The position numbers were made by a program, and so were the translations under genes. The notes under the pieces are model-generated. The model saw only the letters and a list, made by a program, of their open reading frames with translations, ran no database searches and was not told the DNA's origin. From Romeriopsis navalis LEGE 11480 (lineage in GTDB: Bacteria > Cyanobacteriota > Cyanobacteriia > Leptolyngbyales > Leptolyngbyaceae), in assembly GCF_015207035.1 (NCBI RefSeq), contig NZ_JADEXQ010000002.1, positions 56,274 through 120,273 on the forward strand: DNA of 64,000 nucleotides, in the 5' to 3' direction. Below are positions 10,341-19,145 of this stretch, in pieces (the stretch's first letter is position 1; each line of letters starts with the position of its first letter).

Positions 10341-12476
10341 TTATTCCTGTAATGAGAGTGTCAATGCGGCTGGGGACTCCTGGAAGCGCGCCTGCTCATC
10401 TGATGGCGTGGCCGGTAATGTCTCGATTGGGACAGTGGGATTTGAGCTGGACTCAATCGCCACAAATGTCATCATCGGCGTTTCGGATGCGGCGATTTGA
10501 ATCGGCTTGTGGGGCTGATCAAGTGACTTGGCGGGTTGATGTGTGATGACTTTGACCTGGTGAATCCGGGTTTCATCCGCCTGGTTAATTTGGATTACGG
10601 GCGTGGCGATTGGTTGGCTGTGTGTCTGGATGGTGAGATTTTCAAGGCTTACGGCCTGCACGCGCTGACTCTTATGGGGTTCTGGCTGAATTAGAATACA
10701 AGGCTGCCCGGAGGTTTGAGTCAGGACGGTGCGATCGATGCCCTGTCCTTTGAGCGTCAAATTGTTGTGCTCAAGCGTAATGGGCTGTTGGCAGGATAAT
10801 GCTCCTGCTGGTAATACGACTTGTGTCTGTTGGTTTGGGGCGATCTGACGCAAGAGTTGTTGGATGGCCGCACTATCATCCTGTCCATCATTGGGAACGA
10901 CGCCATAGGCGCTGGCATTAATGACTGTACTAGGTACTGTGGGGGTGGCTTGCGGGATGGATTGGGTAAAGTTGACTTCTGTCAGCTCCTGCCAAGGATT
11001 GATGATCCCGGCGAAACACAGCATCACCAAAATAAAACTGAAAATTTGCGAAACAACGAGAAAGCTGGCTAAGGAATGCTTGGTGACGCGTTTGCGTGCA
11101 GAGCCGGTGACCGTCACACTTTGATTACCGCGATTGCTCCATTTCTGTTGGACTAAGTTCATTTGAACTTGGACTTTCAGCGCACCAGAAACCCACTGGG
11201 TCAGTAGCAGAATCGGGAAATGAATCATCTTGAGCTTGGATATGCGGCCCAAAAATAACAACATCAACATGATTGGCCGACTAAAACAAATCCAAGCCAC
11301 AATGATGCCAGCGGTCAGCCAATTGCCGGCGATCAGCGCGAGGAGCAGGAGACTGGGTGTGATCAGTGAGGTCCAAATGGTCATGCGTTGATCGAGTAAG
11401 GCATACCAGATGCCCCATCCGGTCGTGTTCGGCCCGAGGGCGAGGGCTCGACTATTGTTACGGAGCATGTTGCCGAACCAACGGCGCATATTGGCGATCG
11501 CTCGATCGGAGACAGAACCAGAGACGCTCTCGATCGAGTAAACCAGTGCGTCGGGGACATAAATCATTTCATAGCGCCGTTGGAGCAGCCAAAACCAAGT
11601 GCTTTTGTCATCGCCAGAGAGAAACTTAAAGTTGCCCCAGAGCCAGTCATTGAGTTGATCGAATTCCAGCTGATCGGCAAAGCTAGGATTGAAGGCAACG
11701 GCCCCGCGAAAAATGGAAAAGCGTCCGGTCAGACACATTACCTTGCGGGCGAGGGAGTCGGAACACATTTGATGATGGCGTTGGGCAAATCGCAGATGAA
11801 ACCATTCAGAAAATGTTCTTGATCCTTCAACGATCGGCAATTCATCCGTCGTGACTGCGCCCACTTGGGGAAATAGTTCAAATAGGGGTAAGCATTTGCG
11901 CAGCGTACCGGGGGCTAATTCGGAGTCGCCGTCCATTAAAACGACGGTGGTATTGCTGGGTAAATCGAGGCTGGAGAGTTCGCGTAGACTATCGGCCATG
12001 GCCTTGCGTTTGCCATGTTGTTGAGTGCGCAAGATTAACTGGACGAATTCGGCTTCGGGATCATGCTGTGCTACTAAATTGGCGATCGTCGCGTTTTCGG
12101 CCTCCCCACTACTACTCACGAGGACCGTGATCGGTTGGGGCAGGGTTTTGGCTTCTGCCACAATGGCTGTAAATACGCGCTCGGTAATCCAGGGCTGTTC
12201 TTTGTAGGTGGGGACAACAAAACAAATATGTGGCAGTTTTTCTGGTTCAACCTGATGACTGCGTTTGCGCCATCGCGGGAAAACGACTAACTGATAGTAC
12301 CAAGACCGCAAGAGGCGAATAAAGAAAAGACTCCAGCGCCAGATACTAATGATGCCCAAATTGATCAGGCCGAAAGAAGTTGCCTCACTCAACTGAAGAT
12401 TTTGGAGGTGATATAAGCCGATTAATCCGCTAAGCGAGATGATCGCGCAGATCGCCCAGTTAAGCAGTTTTTTCAT
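10341..12476 (-). CDS. Membrane GT2-family (processive-synthase-like) glycosyltransferase fused to a C-terminal right-handed beta-helix (pectate-lyase-like) domain
   Basis: 711 aa. N-terminal TM helices, a GT-A domain with DxD (VVLMDGDSE), TTDE, and a degenerate QxxRW (FAQRHHQ). More TM helices follow, then a C-terminal ~210-aa beta-helix-like region (AYGVVPNDGQDDSAAIQQLL...LTLKGQGIDRTVL). Confidence 0.75.
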   Translation of the reverse strand: MKKLLNWAICAIISLSGLIGLYHLQNLQLSEATSFGLINLGIISIWRWSLFFIRLLRSWYYQLVVFPRWRKRSHQVEPEKLPHICFVVPTYKEQPWITERVFTAIVAEAKTLPQPITVLVSSSGEAENATIANLVAQHDPEAEFVQLILRTQQHGKRKAMADSLRELSSLDLPSNTTVVLMDGDSELAPGTLRKCLPLFELFPQVGAVTTDELPIVEGSRTFSEWFHLRFAQRHHQMCSDSLARKVMCLTGRFSIFRGAVAFNPSFADQLEFDQLNDWLWGNFKFLSGDDKSTWFWLLQRRYEMIYVPDALVYSIESVSGSVSDRAIANMRRWFGNMLRNNSRALALGPNTTGWGIWYALLDQRMTIWTSLITPSLLLLALIAGNWLTAGIIVAWICFSRPIMLMLLFLGRISKLKMIHFPILLLTQWVSGALKVQVQMNLVQQKWSNRGNQSVTVTGSARKRVTKHSLASFLVVSQIFSFILVMLCFAGIINPWQELTEVNFTQSIPQATPTVPSTVINASAYGVVPNDGQDDSAAIQQLLRQIAPNQQTQVVLPAGALSCQQPITLEHNNLTLKGQGIDRTVLTQTSGQPCILIQPEPHKSQRVQAVSLENLTIQTHSQPIATPVIQINQADETRIHQVKVITHQPAKSLDQPHKPIQIAASETPMMTFVAIESSSNPTVPIETLPATPSDEQARFQESPAALTLSLQE

Positions 12477-12565
12477 AACTTTAAATACCCGAAATCGAAA
12501 ATAGCGGATCTAATTCTTGAGCATTTGCCGGTTAAATTCGCCTCTCTAAAAACAAGGGAAAAATA

Positions 12566-13861
12566 TTAGAAGAAACGCGTTGATTTAGTTTTGAATGTGA
12601 GGCGACTAGACTGGCCAATGCCACAAAACTGGCCTAATTTTGCGGCTTCTGGCAGGGGGGGTAACTTGACTGTGACCCTGGATACGAGTGCCTGCTGTTG
12701 TTTGCTAAGTGGCATTAGGGGGACGACGGCTTGCGATTGTTGCTTCAGTGCTTCAATGGTGGTTGCCTGAATCAGTTCAATTTTTCCGGCTTGGGGCGTC
12801 GACTGGCCTGCGAGCAGGACTTGAACTGGTTGAGTTGCATCAATTTTTTGAACTTGCTCGATTGGCAGTAATGCTTCGACCCAAATGTTATTACAGTCGG
12901 CGATTGTCAGCATTAGGTCGGGCCGATTGACTTGTTCCCCGATTTCTCGATCGGTGCGGTAAACCACCCCGGAAAATGGGGCTTTGACAGGGATTTCTAG
13001 CTGTTGTGTTTGTTGATTAGTTTGGCGTGATTGCAATTGTTGTTGCTGGCTGACAATTTCAGCTTTAAGGCCCTGTGCCAATTCCGTCTGTTTTTGAATC
13101 AAGCGCTGGAGTGACAGTCGCTGGTCCATCAAGGTTGCATTGGGCGTGACGGGCACGTTTTGCTGGAGCGCGGTGAGGGTAACTTGGGCGGAAGATAGTT
13201 TGGCTTTTGCTTCGTTCACTTCTGCCTCTGCGACATCCCAGGCCATTTTGGTTTGATCGACTAATTGCCCGGCGATGGCCCCTTCCTGGGCTAAAGCGCT
13301 CAATCGGCGATACTCTGTTTTGGCCGCATCAGCTTTCGCGATCGCCGAATTGATAGCAGCCTGCTGAGCTTGTAAATCGGTGGCCGCGACTTGTTTTTGG
13401 GTTAATTGGATCGCCTGATCCTGGTTGCCCAGCCGTCCAAGCTGGAGTTGGAGTTGGGCAATGCCCTGCTCCGCTTGACTCAACTGTGTGCGCAGACTCA
13501 GAATCTTGGCTTGAAAACGCGGCATTGTGCCGTCTTTTTGGATGGGAGGGGGTGTGATTTTAGCGATTACTTGTCCGAGTTGGACCGGTACTCCGGGTTG
13601 AGCATAAAAGGCCGCAATTGTGCCATCGATCGGTGCCCGGAGTTGAACGGTGCGACTATTGATAATGCCGGTCTCGACCGTAAAATGCGTGAGGCGATGT
13701 TGGATGACCGTACTGCCAATCCGTAGGGCAGTAGCGCCTAATCCGAGACAAGCGAGGCTCACGAGTAAGCGTTTGGCGACGCCGGTGCCTTGATGAATCT
13801 GTGGAACAGTTGAATTTTCAGGTGTTTGGGGCTTTGAATCTGGTAGAGGGGACTTTAACAT
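12566..13861 (-). CDS. HlyD-family periplasmic adaptor / membrane fusion protein
   Basis: 431 aa. Single N-terminal TM helix, a biotin-lipoyl-like beta domain and a long coiled coil (QLQLQLGRLGNQDQAIQLTQKQV...). It is co-oriented with, and 90 bp upstream of, the GT2 gene. Confidence 0.8.
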   Translation of the reverse strand: MLKSPLPDSKPQTPENSTVPQIHQGTGVAKRLLVSLACLGLGATALRIGSTVIQHRLTHFTVETGIINSRTVQLRAPIDGTIAAFYAQPGVPVQLGQVIAKITPPPIQKDGTMPRFQAKILSLRTQLSQAEQGIAQLQLQLGRLGNQDQAIQLTQKQVAATDLQAQQAAINSAIAKADAAKTEYRRLSALAQEGAIAGQLVDQTKMAWDVAEAEVNEAKAKLSSAQVTLTALQQNVPVTPNATLMDQRLSLQRLIQKQTELAQGLKAEIVSQQQQLQSRQTNQQTQQLEIPVKAPFSGVVYRTDREIGEQVNRPDLMLTIADCNNIWVEALLPIEQVQKIDATQPVQVLLAGQSTPQAGKIELIQATTIEALKQQSQAVVPLMPLSKQQQALVSRVTVKLPPLPEAAKLGQFCGIGQSSRLTFKTKSTRFF

Positions 13862-14477
13862 GGCGAAAACTAGCTAAATCGTTGGGTAGAAGTGTAATGG
13901 CCTGACATATGCGCTAGCCCCTGGAATGGTCAATGGCGTTGGTTGACCAAGTTGTCTCGATGGATTTTTCTCAATGGATTAGGTGGTTGAAGTAACGGAT
14001 ACTCCGACGCATTTGGGGCCAATTTGCTCAATCCGGCCCTTGGCCCAAGAATCCATCGCTTGGAAAAATCATATATGCAATCCTGGATATTCCTAACGGT
14101 AGGGGTGATATACCTGCAGGCTGCGAGTTTTTGATGGATAGTCAGACTGGTTGCTGGTTAACTTTCCAAGTTTATGAAGATTGTGTAGAAATACATGAAG
14201 GAATGAAGAAGTGAAATAATTAATGCTCAGTTGCCCATGTTTTTTATCAGTACTTAAAACTGCGTCAATTGCCTAAATAATTTATTTAGGTTGAATTAAA
14301 TGATTTTATTTTTCAAAAATATTTCTTCGCGATTGCCCGGTAGTTGATTTTGTGATCAGTTGAGTTAAGCTGGCATCAAATACTTTGATGTGCATTGAGC
14401 CATCACGCAGTCGGTTCGACTGTGTCAATAATCGGAATTGGGTTGGTTGCCTCTGACAATTGATATTGATCCGGTGA

Positions 14478-15311
14478 TTGATTTTGACGTTGCGACTTGG
14501 TCTGGGTTTATTGTTGCTGTTGACGCTGGAGGGTTGCAAATCAAGCAATTCTGCCAGCTTGTTGGCGGGCCCCAAGATTTGGCAGAGCGATCGTCAGGCC
14601 AAAAGTGAGCTACTGAATTGGCAAGCCCACTGGCAGGTTCGGCCCCGTGGGCAGTGGGGCGCGCAAAATTTACAGTTGATCACTGATCCCAACGGTCAAT
14701 ATCCGCAAATCTGGCGTGTGCGTTATCCCCAGGGGTCGGCCAGTCCGCGCGTACATCGGCGCAAAAAAGCCCCGCTCGGTGGCACACAGTTTTATGCTGA
14801 TTTGGGCATGTCACCGCGGACGTCAGCGCGTTTGAGCTACGCGGTTCGGTTTGCCCCGGAGTTTGATTTTGTCAAAGGGGGAAAGCTGCCGGGTTTATTT
14901 GGGGGGCAGGGGCGGCATGGCCGGCGACGACGGCGGAGAAATGAGGGATTTTCGACGCGATTGATGTGGCGGCGGAATGGGCGGGGTGAAGTTTATGCCT
15001 ATCTGCCGACGAGTGTGAAATATGGCACGTCCCTTGGCCGTGGAAAATGGCGGTTTCATCCCGGTGTTTGGCATCGGATCAATCAGGAAATTGTCTTGAA
15101 TCATCCCGACCAGAAAAACGGCCAAATGCGAGTTTGGCTGGACGGCAAACTTGTGTTGGAAGAAACGCAGCTTCAGTTTCGGACCCACGATCGATTAAAA
15201 ATCGAGGGGATCTTCTTTTCCACGTTTTTTGGCGGCGGTAATGCTTCTTGGGCAACGCCGAAAGCCGTCTATATCGATTTTTCTGATTTCTCGATCACGG
15301 CGGTGCGATGA
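14478..15311 (+). CDS. Secreted lipoprotein, possible jelly-roll polysaccharide lyase (PF14099-like)
   Basis: 277 aa. Signal peptide with lipobox-like LTLEGC. Motifs KGGKLPGLFGG and W-rich beta strands. Unusual RHGRRRRRRNEG insert. Transcribed divergently from the HlyD-GT2 pair. Confidence 0.45.
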   Translation: MILTLRLGLGLLLLLTLEGCKSSNSASLLAGPKIWQSDRQAKSELLNWQAHWQVRPRGQWGAQNLQLITDPNGQYPQIWRVRYPQGSASPRVHRRKKAPLGGTQFYADLGMSPRTSARLSYAVRFAPEFDFVKGGKLPGLFGGQGRHGRRRRRRNEGFSTRLMWRRNGRGEVYAYLPTSVKYGTSLGRGKWRFHPGVWHRINQEIVLNHPDQKNGQMRVWLDGKLVLEETQLQFRTHDRLKIEGIFFSTFFGGGNASWATPKAVYIDFSDFSITAVR

Positions 15312-15396
15312 GGCGACGGCAAGCTGTCAATTGCCCCAATCTATTCAGTGGGGAGTCGCGGGTCGATTGACATTGGCCGATCAATGCTCAATGGGC

Positions 15397-16308
15397 CTAT
15401 AAATACTTTGCCAAGATGCATTGGAGTTTTTGCTTCGTGGCATCGGGGACTTGATCGAGTGGCGTTAAAATTCCGTATTTCAAGGCGTTGTGTGCATCTG
15501 ATTCCGGTGGATTATGACTTAAACGTCGAACTGCTTCTCGCACAACCTTTTGGGCGTTTTCGGCATTTTTATGCAAGTTGCCGATGACCATTTCTACGGT
15601 GACGCTATCGTGATCCGGATGCCAGCAATCATAGTCCGTGACGAGCGCTAATGTGGCATAGGCGATTTCGGCTTCGCGGGCGAGTTTGGCTTCTTGCAAA
15701 TTCGTCATGCCAATAATCGTGGCGTCCCAACTGCGATAGAGATGTGATTCTGCCTTGGTCGAAAATGCGGGGCCTTCCATGCAGACATAGGTGCCACCGG
15801 CATGGACATCAATGCCATCAAGCTGGAGACTTTGAGCGGATTCAGTAATAATTTGGCTGAGTTGGGGACAGACTGGATCGCCAAAGGTAATGTGGGCCAC
15901 AATGCCCTCACCAAAGAAAGTTGAGATGCGGTTGCGGGTGCGATCGATGAACTGATCCGGAATCACCATATCCAACGGCTTTGCGGCGGCCTTGAGTGAC
16001 CCAACCGCGGAGGCGGAAATAATATATTCCACACCGAGGCTTTTCATCGCGTAGATATTGGCGCGGAACGGCAGTTCCGTTGGCAATATTGTGTGATGGC
16101 GGTTGTGGCGAGCGAGAAAGACCACCGGCGTGCCGTCGAGATTGCCCTGAATCAATGCGTCGGAAGGCGGACCAAAGGGGGTGTCGACTTGAATCTCCTC
16201 CACCGCTTTTAGCGCTTCCATCTTGTAGAGGCCGCTACCGCCGATAATACCGATCTTGACTGGGGACATAGGACTTCGAAAATGTAGAGAAACAGCAGAA
16301 ACGGCCAA
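15397..16308 (-). CDS. mtnP: S-methyl-5'-thioadenosine phosphorylase
   Basis: PNP/MTAP family motifs IGIIGGSG and [12 protein letters not shown]. The true start is probably [11 protein letters not shown] at 16269. Confidence 0.9.
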   Translation of the reverse strand: MAVSAVSLHFRSPMSPVKIGIIGGSGLYKMEALKAVEEIQVDTPFGPPSDALIQGNLDGTPVVFLARHNRHHTILPTELPFRANIYAMKSLGVEYIISASAVGSLKAAAKPLDMVIPDQFIDRTRNRISTFFGEGIVAHITFGDPVCPQLSQIITESAQSLQLDGIDVHAGGTYVCMEGPAFSTKAESHLYRSWDATIIGMTNLQEAKLAREAEIAYATLALVTDYDCWHPDHDSVTVEMVIGNLHKNAENAQKVVREAVRRLSHNPPESDAHNALKYGILTPLDQVPDATKQKLQCILAKYL

Positions 16309-16342
16309 TGTAACTGACGCGACAACGTATTAGCGTAAAGCG

Positions 16343-16810
16343 TTATGGTGCGGCTTGCAATAACCAAAACCCCGTGTGCGTCATGCCCGAATCATCCGGT
16401 TGAATCAGCAGGAAATGCAAACCTTGGGCCGTGGCTTTGCGTTGTTCAAACGTGATGCCGGCGGTTTTGACTTCGGGGGCATCGGAAGTTGTGAGAATCC
16501 ACCGATCGACGGCCCCCGCATACAGGACTAATCCGTCGAGTTCACCAGCGATCGCGTGTAGTGAAACGGGTGCAACATCCTGTACCCATTGGGCTAGTTG
16601 AAGGGATTTGCGTCCGGCATTAATCACCACCCCAGGAATTGGCAAACTCGACGCCAGTTTGAGCTCAAGGGGGGTGGGGATGTTATTGACTTGTAAAAAA
16701 CGAATCAGTTGCCCTTCGTAGAGATCGGGTAAATCAACTGCTTTGACTGAAGCAAATTGCCAGTCGTTGCCCCAGAGATTTTCCGGTAGTGGCACAGGGG
16801 GTTGGCGCAT
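16343..16810 (-). CDS. Conserved hypothetical protein (cyanobacterial DUF)
   Basis: 155-aa ORF in an operon-like minus-strand array with mtnP. No recognisable catalytic motif. Confidence 0.45.
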   Translation of the reverse strand: MRQPPVPLPENLWGNDWQFASVKAVDLPDLYEGQLIRFLQVNNIPTPLELKLASSLPIPGVVINAGRKSLQLAQWVQDVAPVSLHAIAGELDGLVLYAGAVDRWILTTSDAPEVKTAGITFEQRKATAQGLHFLLIQPDDSGMTHTGFWLLQAAP

Positions 16811-16838
16811 GACGAATTGGAGGGTGAGACGAACTTAG

Positions 16839-17885
16839 CTAGCTAATGTAGAAATTTAAGACCAAAGCACTGAGAAAAGTCATGGCAGCGGCGAGGGCTA
16901 ATAGGTAAAAAATGGCCCGTGGCTGAAAGACGGAACTCAGTAAACCAACCCCTTTGATGTCAATCATGGGGCCGAATACCAGAAAGGCGATCAGCGAACC
17001 CGTGGTAAACATCGACGCAAAGGACAGCGCAAAAAATGAATCGACGGTTGAGCAGATGGAGACGAGGGCGGCCAGTAACATCATGGCAATAATCGAACTG
17101 ATGTTGCCTTGTCCCAGACTAATCACGACTTCACGGGGAATAAACACCTGAATGCCCGCAGCGATCGCACTGCCAATGACTAGCACTGCGGCGAGTTCGC
17201 GTAATTCCTGGATCATGCTGTCCAGCAACAATTGCCAGCGCGAAATGCGTTGTCCACCCATCGCGAGCATGGCGGCTTGCATGCCTGATGCATCCTCGGG
17301 TAATGCTTTATTCGACTGACCCAGGAAAAAAGTTCCAGATTGGAGGAGTGAACTTTGATTGTCGGTTTGGAGGCCCGCGACTTCGGAGCGGGACTCGTTG
17401 ATATTGCCTAAATATTTTTGACGGGCTGTGATCGCGGCACTCACGTTGGGCCGGAGGAACGGGCGCAAATCCTTCTGGCAGCTAAAAACCCATCCGATGA
17501 TTGTCGCGATCGCCAAGGAAATACCGATGCGGTAAAACACAATCTCTGGTTGGCCCCGAAAAGCTGTCCAAGTCACCCAGAAGACGATCGGATTGATTGT
17601 GGGTGCGGCTAGGAGAAAGCCGATCGCCACCGGCGATGGCACACCCTGCATCAGTAAACGCCGTGCGACTGGGACATTCCCGCATTCACAGACGGGAAAC
17701 AAAAAACCAATACAACTGCCAACAAACGAGCCGAGTAAGGGATTAGTTGGCATCCATTTCAACAGCCATCGTTCACTGATGAAATATTGCAAGATACCAG
17801 AAAACAAAACCCCCAAAATCAAGAAAGGAATTGCTTCGACGAGAAGGCTCAAAAACAGAGTAAAGGCGCTGTTGAGTTGGGTCAT
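16839..17885 (-). CDS. Predicted permease, UPF0718/YraQ family
   Basis: 348 aa, polytopic membrane protein with the characteristic PVCECGNVP motif. Confidence 0.7.
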   Translation of the reverse strand: MTQLNSAFTLFLSLLVEAIPFLILGVLFSGILQYFISERWLLKWMPTNPLLGSFVGSCIGFLFPVCECGNVPVARRLLMQGVPSPVAIGFLLAAPTINPIVFWVTWTAFRGQPEIVFYRIGISLAIATIIGWVFSCQKDLRPFLRPNVSAAITARQKYLGNINESRSEVAGLQTDNQSSLLQSGTFFLGQSNKALPEDASGMQAAMLAMGGQRISRWQLLLDSMIQELRELAAVLVIGSAIAAGIQVFIPREVVISLGQGNISSIIAMMLLAALVSICSTVDSFFALSFASMFTTGSLIAFLVFGPMIDIKGVGLLSSVFQPRAIFYLLALAAAMTFLSALVLNFYIS

Positions 17886-18134
17886 GGAGGCTCAAATGAA
17901 TCGCTGACTCAAACTGCCTAGTCTGAATTGAGACTGAGACAAATGAGCGATACCGTTGCTAAGGCAATCAGGCGCATTTTGGATGTTCAGCGGCAGACAA
18001 AATATGAGGCTTGAGCCATTTGGTGCCGTTTTACCCTATTCGATCGCGCCACGGTACGAGCGAATTTGCCTATCGAGTTTAGCAAACCTTGCTCGTACCG
18101 TGACGCAGACTGGTGAAAGTCAACAAAAATTGGG

Positions 18135-18926
18135 CTATTTCTCTAAATTGACGGAATGCAAGCCGCATTCTTTCTTAGATGCCTCTTCCCACCACCAGCG
18201 ACCTTCTCGTTCATGCTGATTTGGCAGTACCGGCCGGGTGCAAGGCTCGCAGCCAATACTAACGAACCCTTTTTCGTGTAGAGGATTGAAGGGCACTTCG
18301 TAGGAACGGATGTAGAACCACACTTCTTCCGAACTCCAGTTGGCTAAGGGGTTAAATTTAATCAACTGGTGGTCCGCGGTGCCAAAGCCATTGTCGATTT
18401 GGACGGTTGGTACGTCGGCACGGGTGGGACTTTGGTCTTTCCGTTGGCCGGTGATCCAAGCATCAACGCTCGCGAGTTTGCGGCGTAGCGGTTGGACCTT
18501 GCGGATGCCGCAGCATTCTTTATGGTCATCTTCGTAGAAGCTGAAGAATCCCTTTTGCTTGACGAGCTGCTCAACGGCTGTGGAATCGGGGTACATGACT
18601 TCCAACTCGATACCGTAATGCTTCCGGACCGTATCGAGGAACTGGTAAGTTTCCGGGTGTAAACGTCCTGTATCGAGGCTAAATACTTTAACGTCTTTTT
18701 TGAGTTTGCAGGCCATATCAACTAGGACAACATCTTCCGCCCCACTGAAGGAGATTGCAATGTTGTCAAACTGTTGCAATGCGGCTTCAAGAATCTTTTG
18801 GGGTGTTTGGCCCGCCAGTTCAGCTTCGAGTTTGGCAATATCTTGTTCAGTCAAGGGGCTAGCGAGTTGAGCCATGAGTTTTCTCTTGGGATACGGCAAA
18901 TAATGTGTTCTCCGATCTCTGAGCAT
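18135..18926 (-). CDS. cysH: Phosphoadenylyl-sulfate/adenylyl-sulfate reductase (thioredoxin-dependent)
   Basis: PAPS_reduct fold. [10 protein letters not shown], the C-terminal ECGLH motif and the Cys pair typical of Fe-S APS reductases are present. The likely start is MAQLASP at 18875. Confidence 0.9.
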   Translation of the reverse strand: MLRDRRTHYLPYPKRKLMAQLASPLTEQDIAKLEAELAGQTPQKILEAALQQFDNIAISFSGAEDVVLVDMACKLKKDVKVFSLDTGRLHPETYQFLDTVRKHYGIELEVMYPDSTAVEQLVKQKGFFSFYEDDHKECCGIRKVQPLRRKLASVDAWITGQRKDQSPTRADVPTVQIDNGFGTADHQLIKFNPLANWSSEEVWFYIRSYEVPFNPLHEKGFVSIGCEPCTRPVLPNQHEREGRWWWEEASKKECGLHSVNLEK

Positions 18927-19145
18927 CGCATGCGGCCCGGCTCTCGATCAAGTGCATCGTGGGCGTGAGTAACCAGTTTGCTGATCGCCCCTTAAGCGCT
19001 GCCTGATAGGGCGGCAATTTTGCGCGATCGACTTCGTCTTGGGGGTTGGCCAATAGAGTGACTGCGGTCGCTCCGGTTTTTTGGGTGGTGACAAATATGT
19101 TGTGCCTGTTGCTGTTCGGTTGGTTGGACGATCGGCATAACAGGC

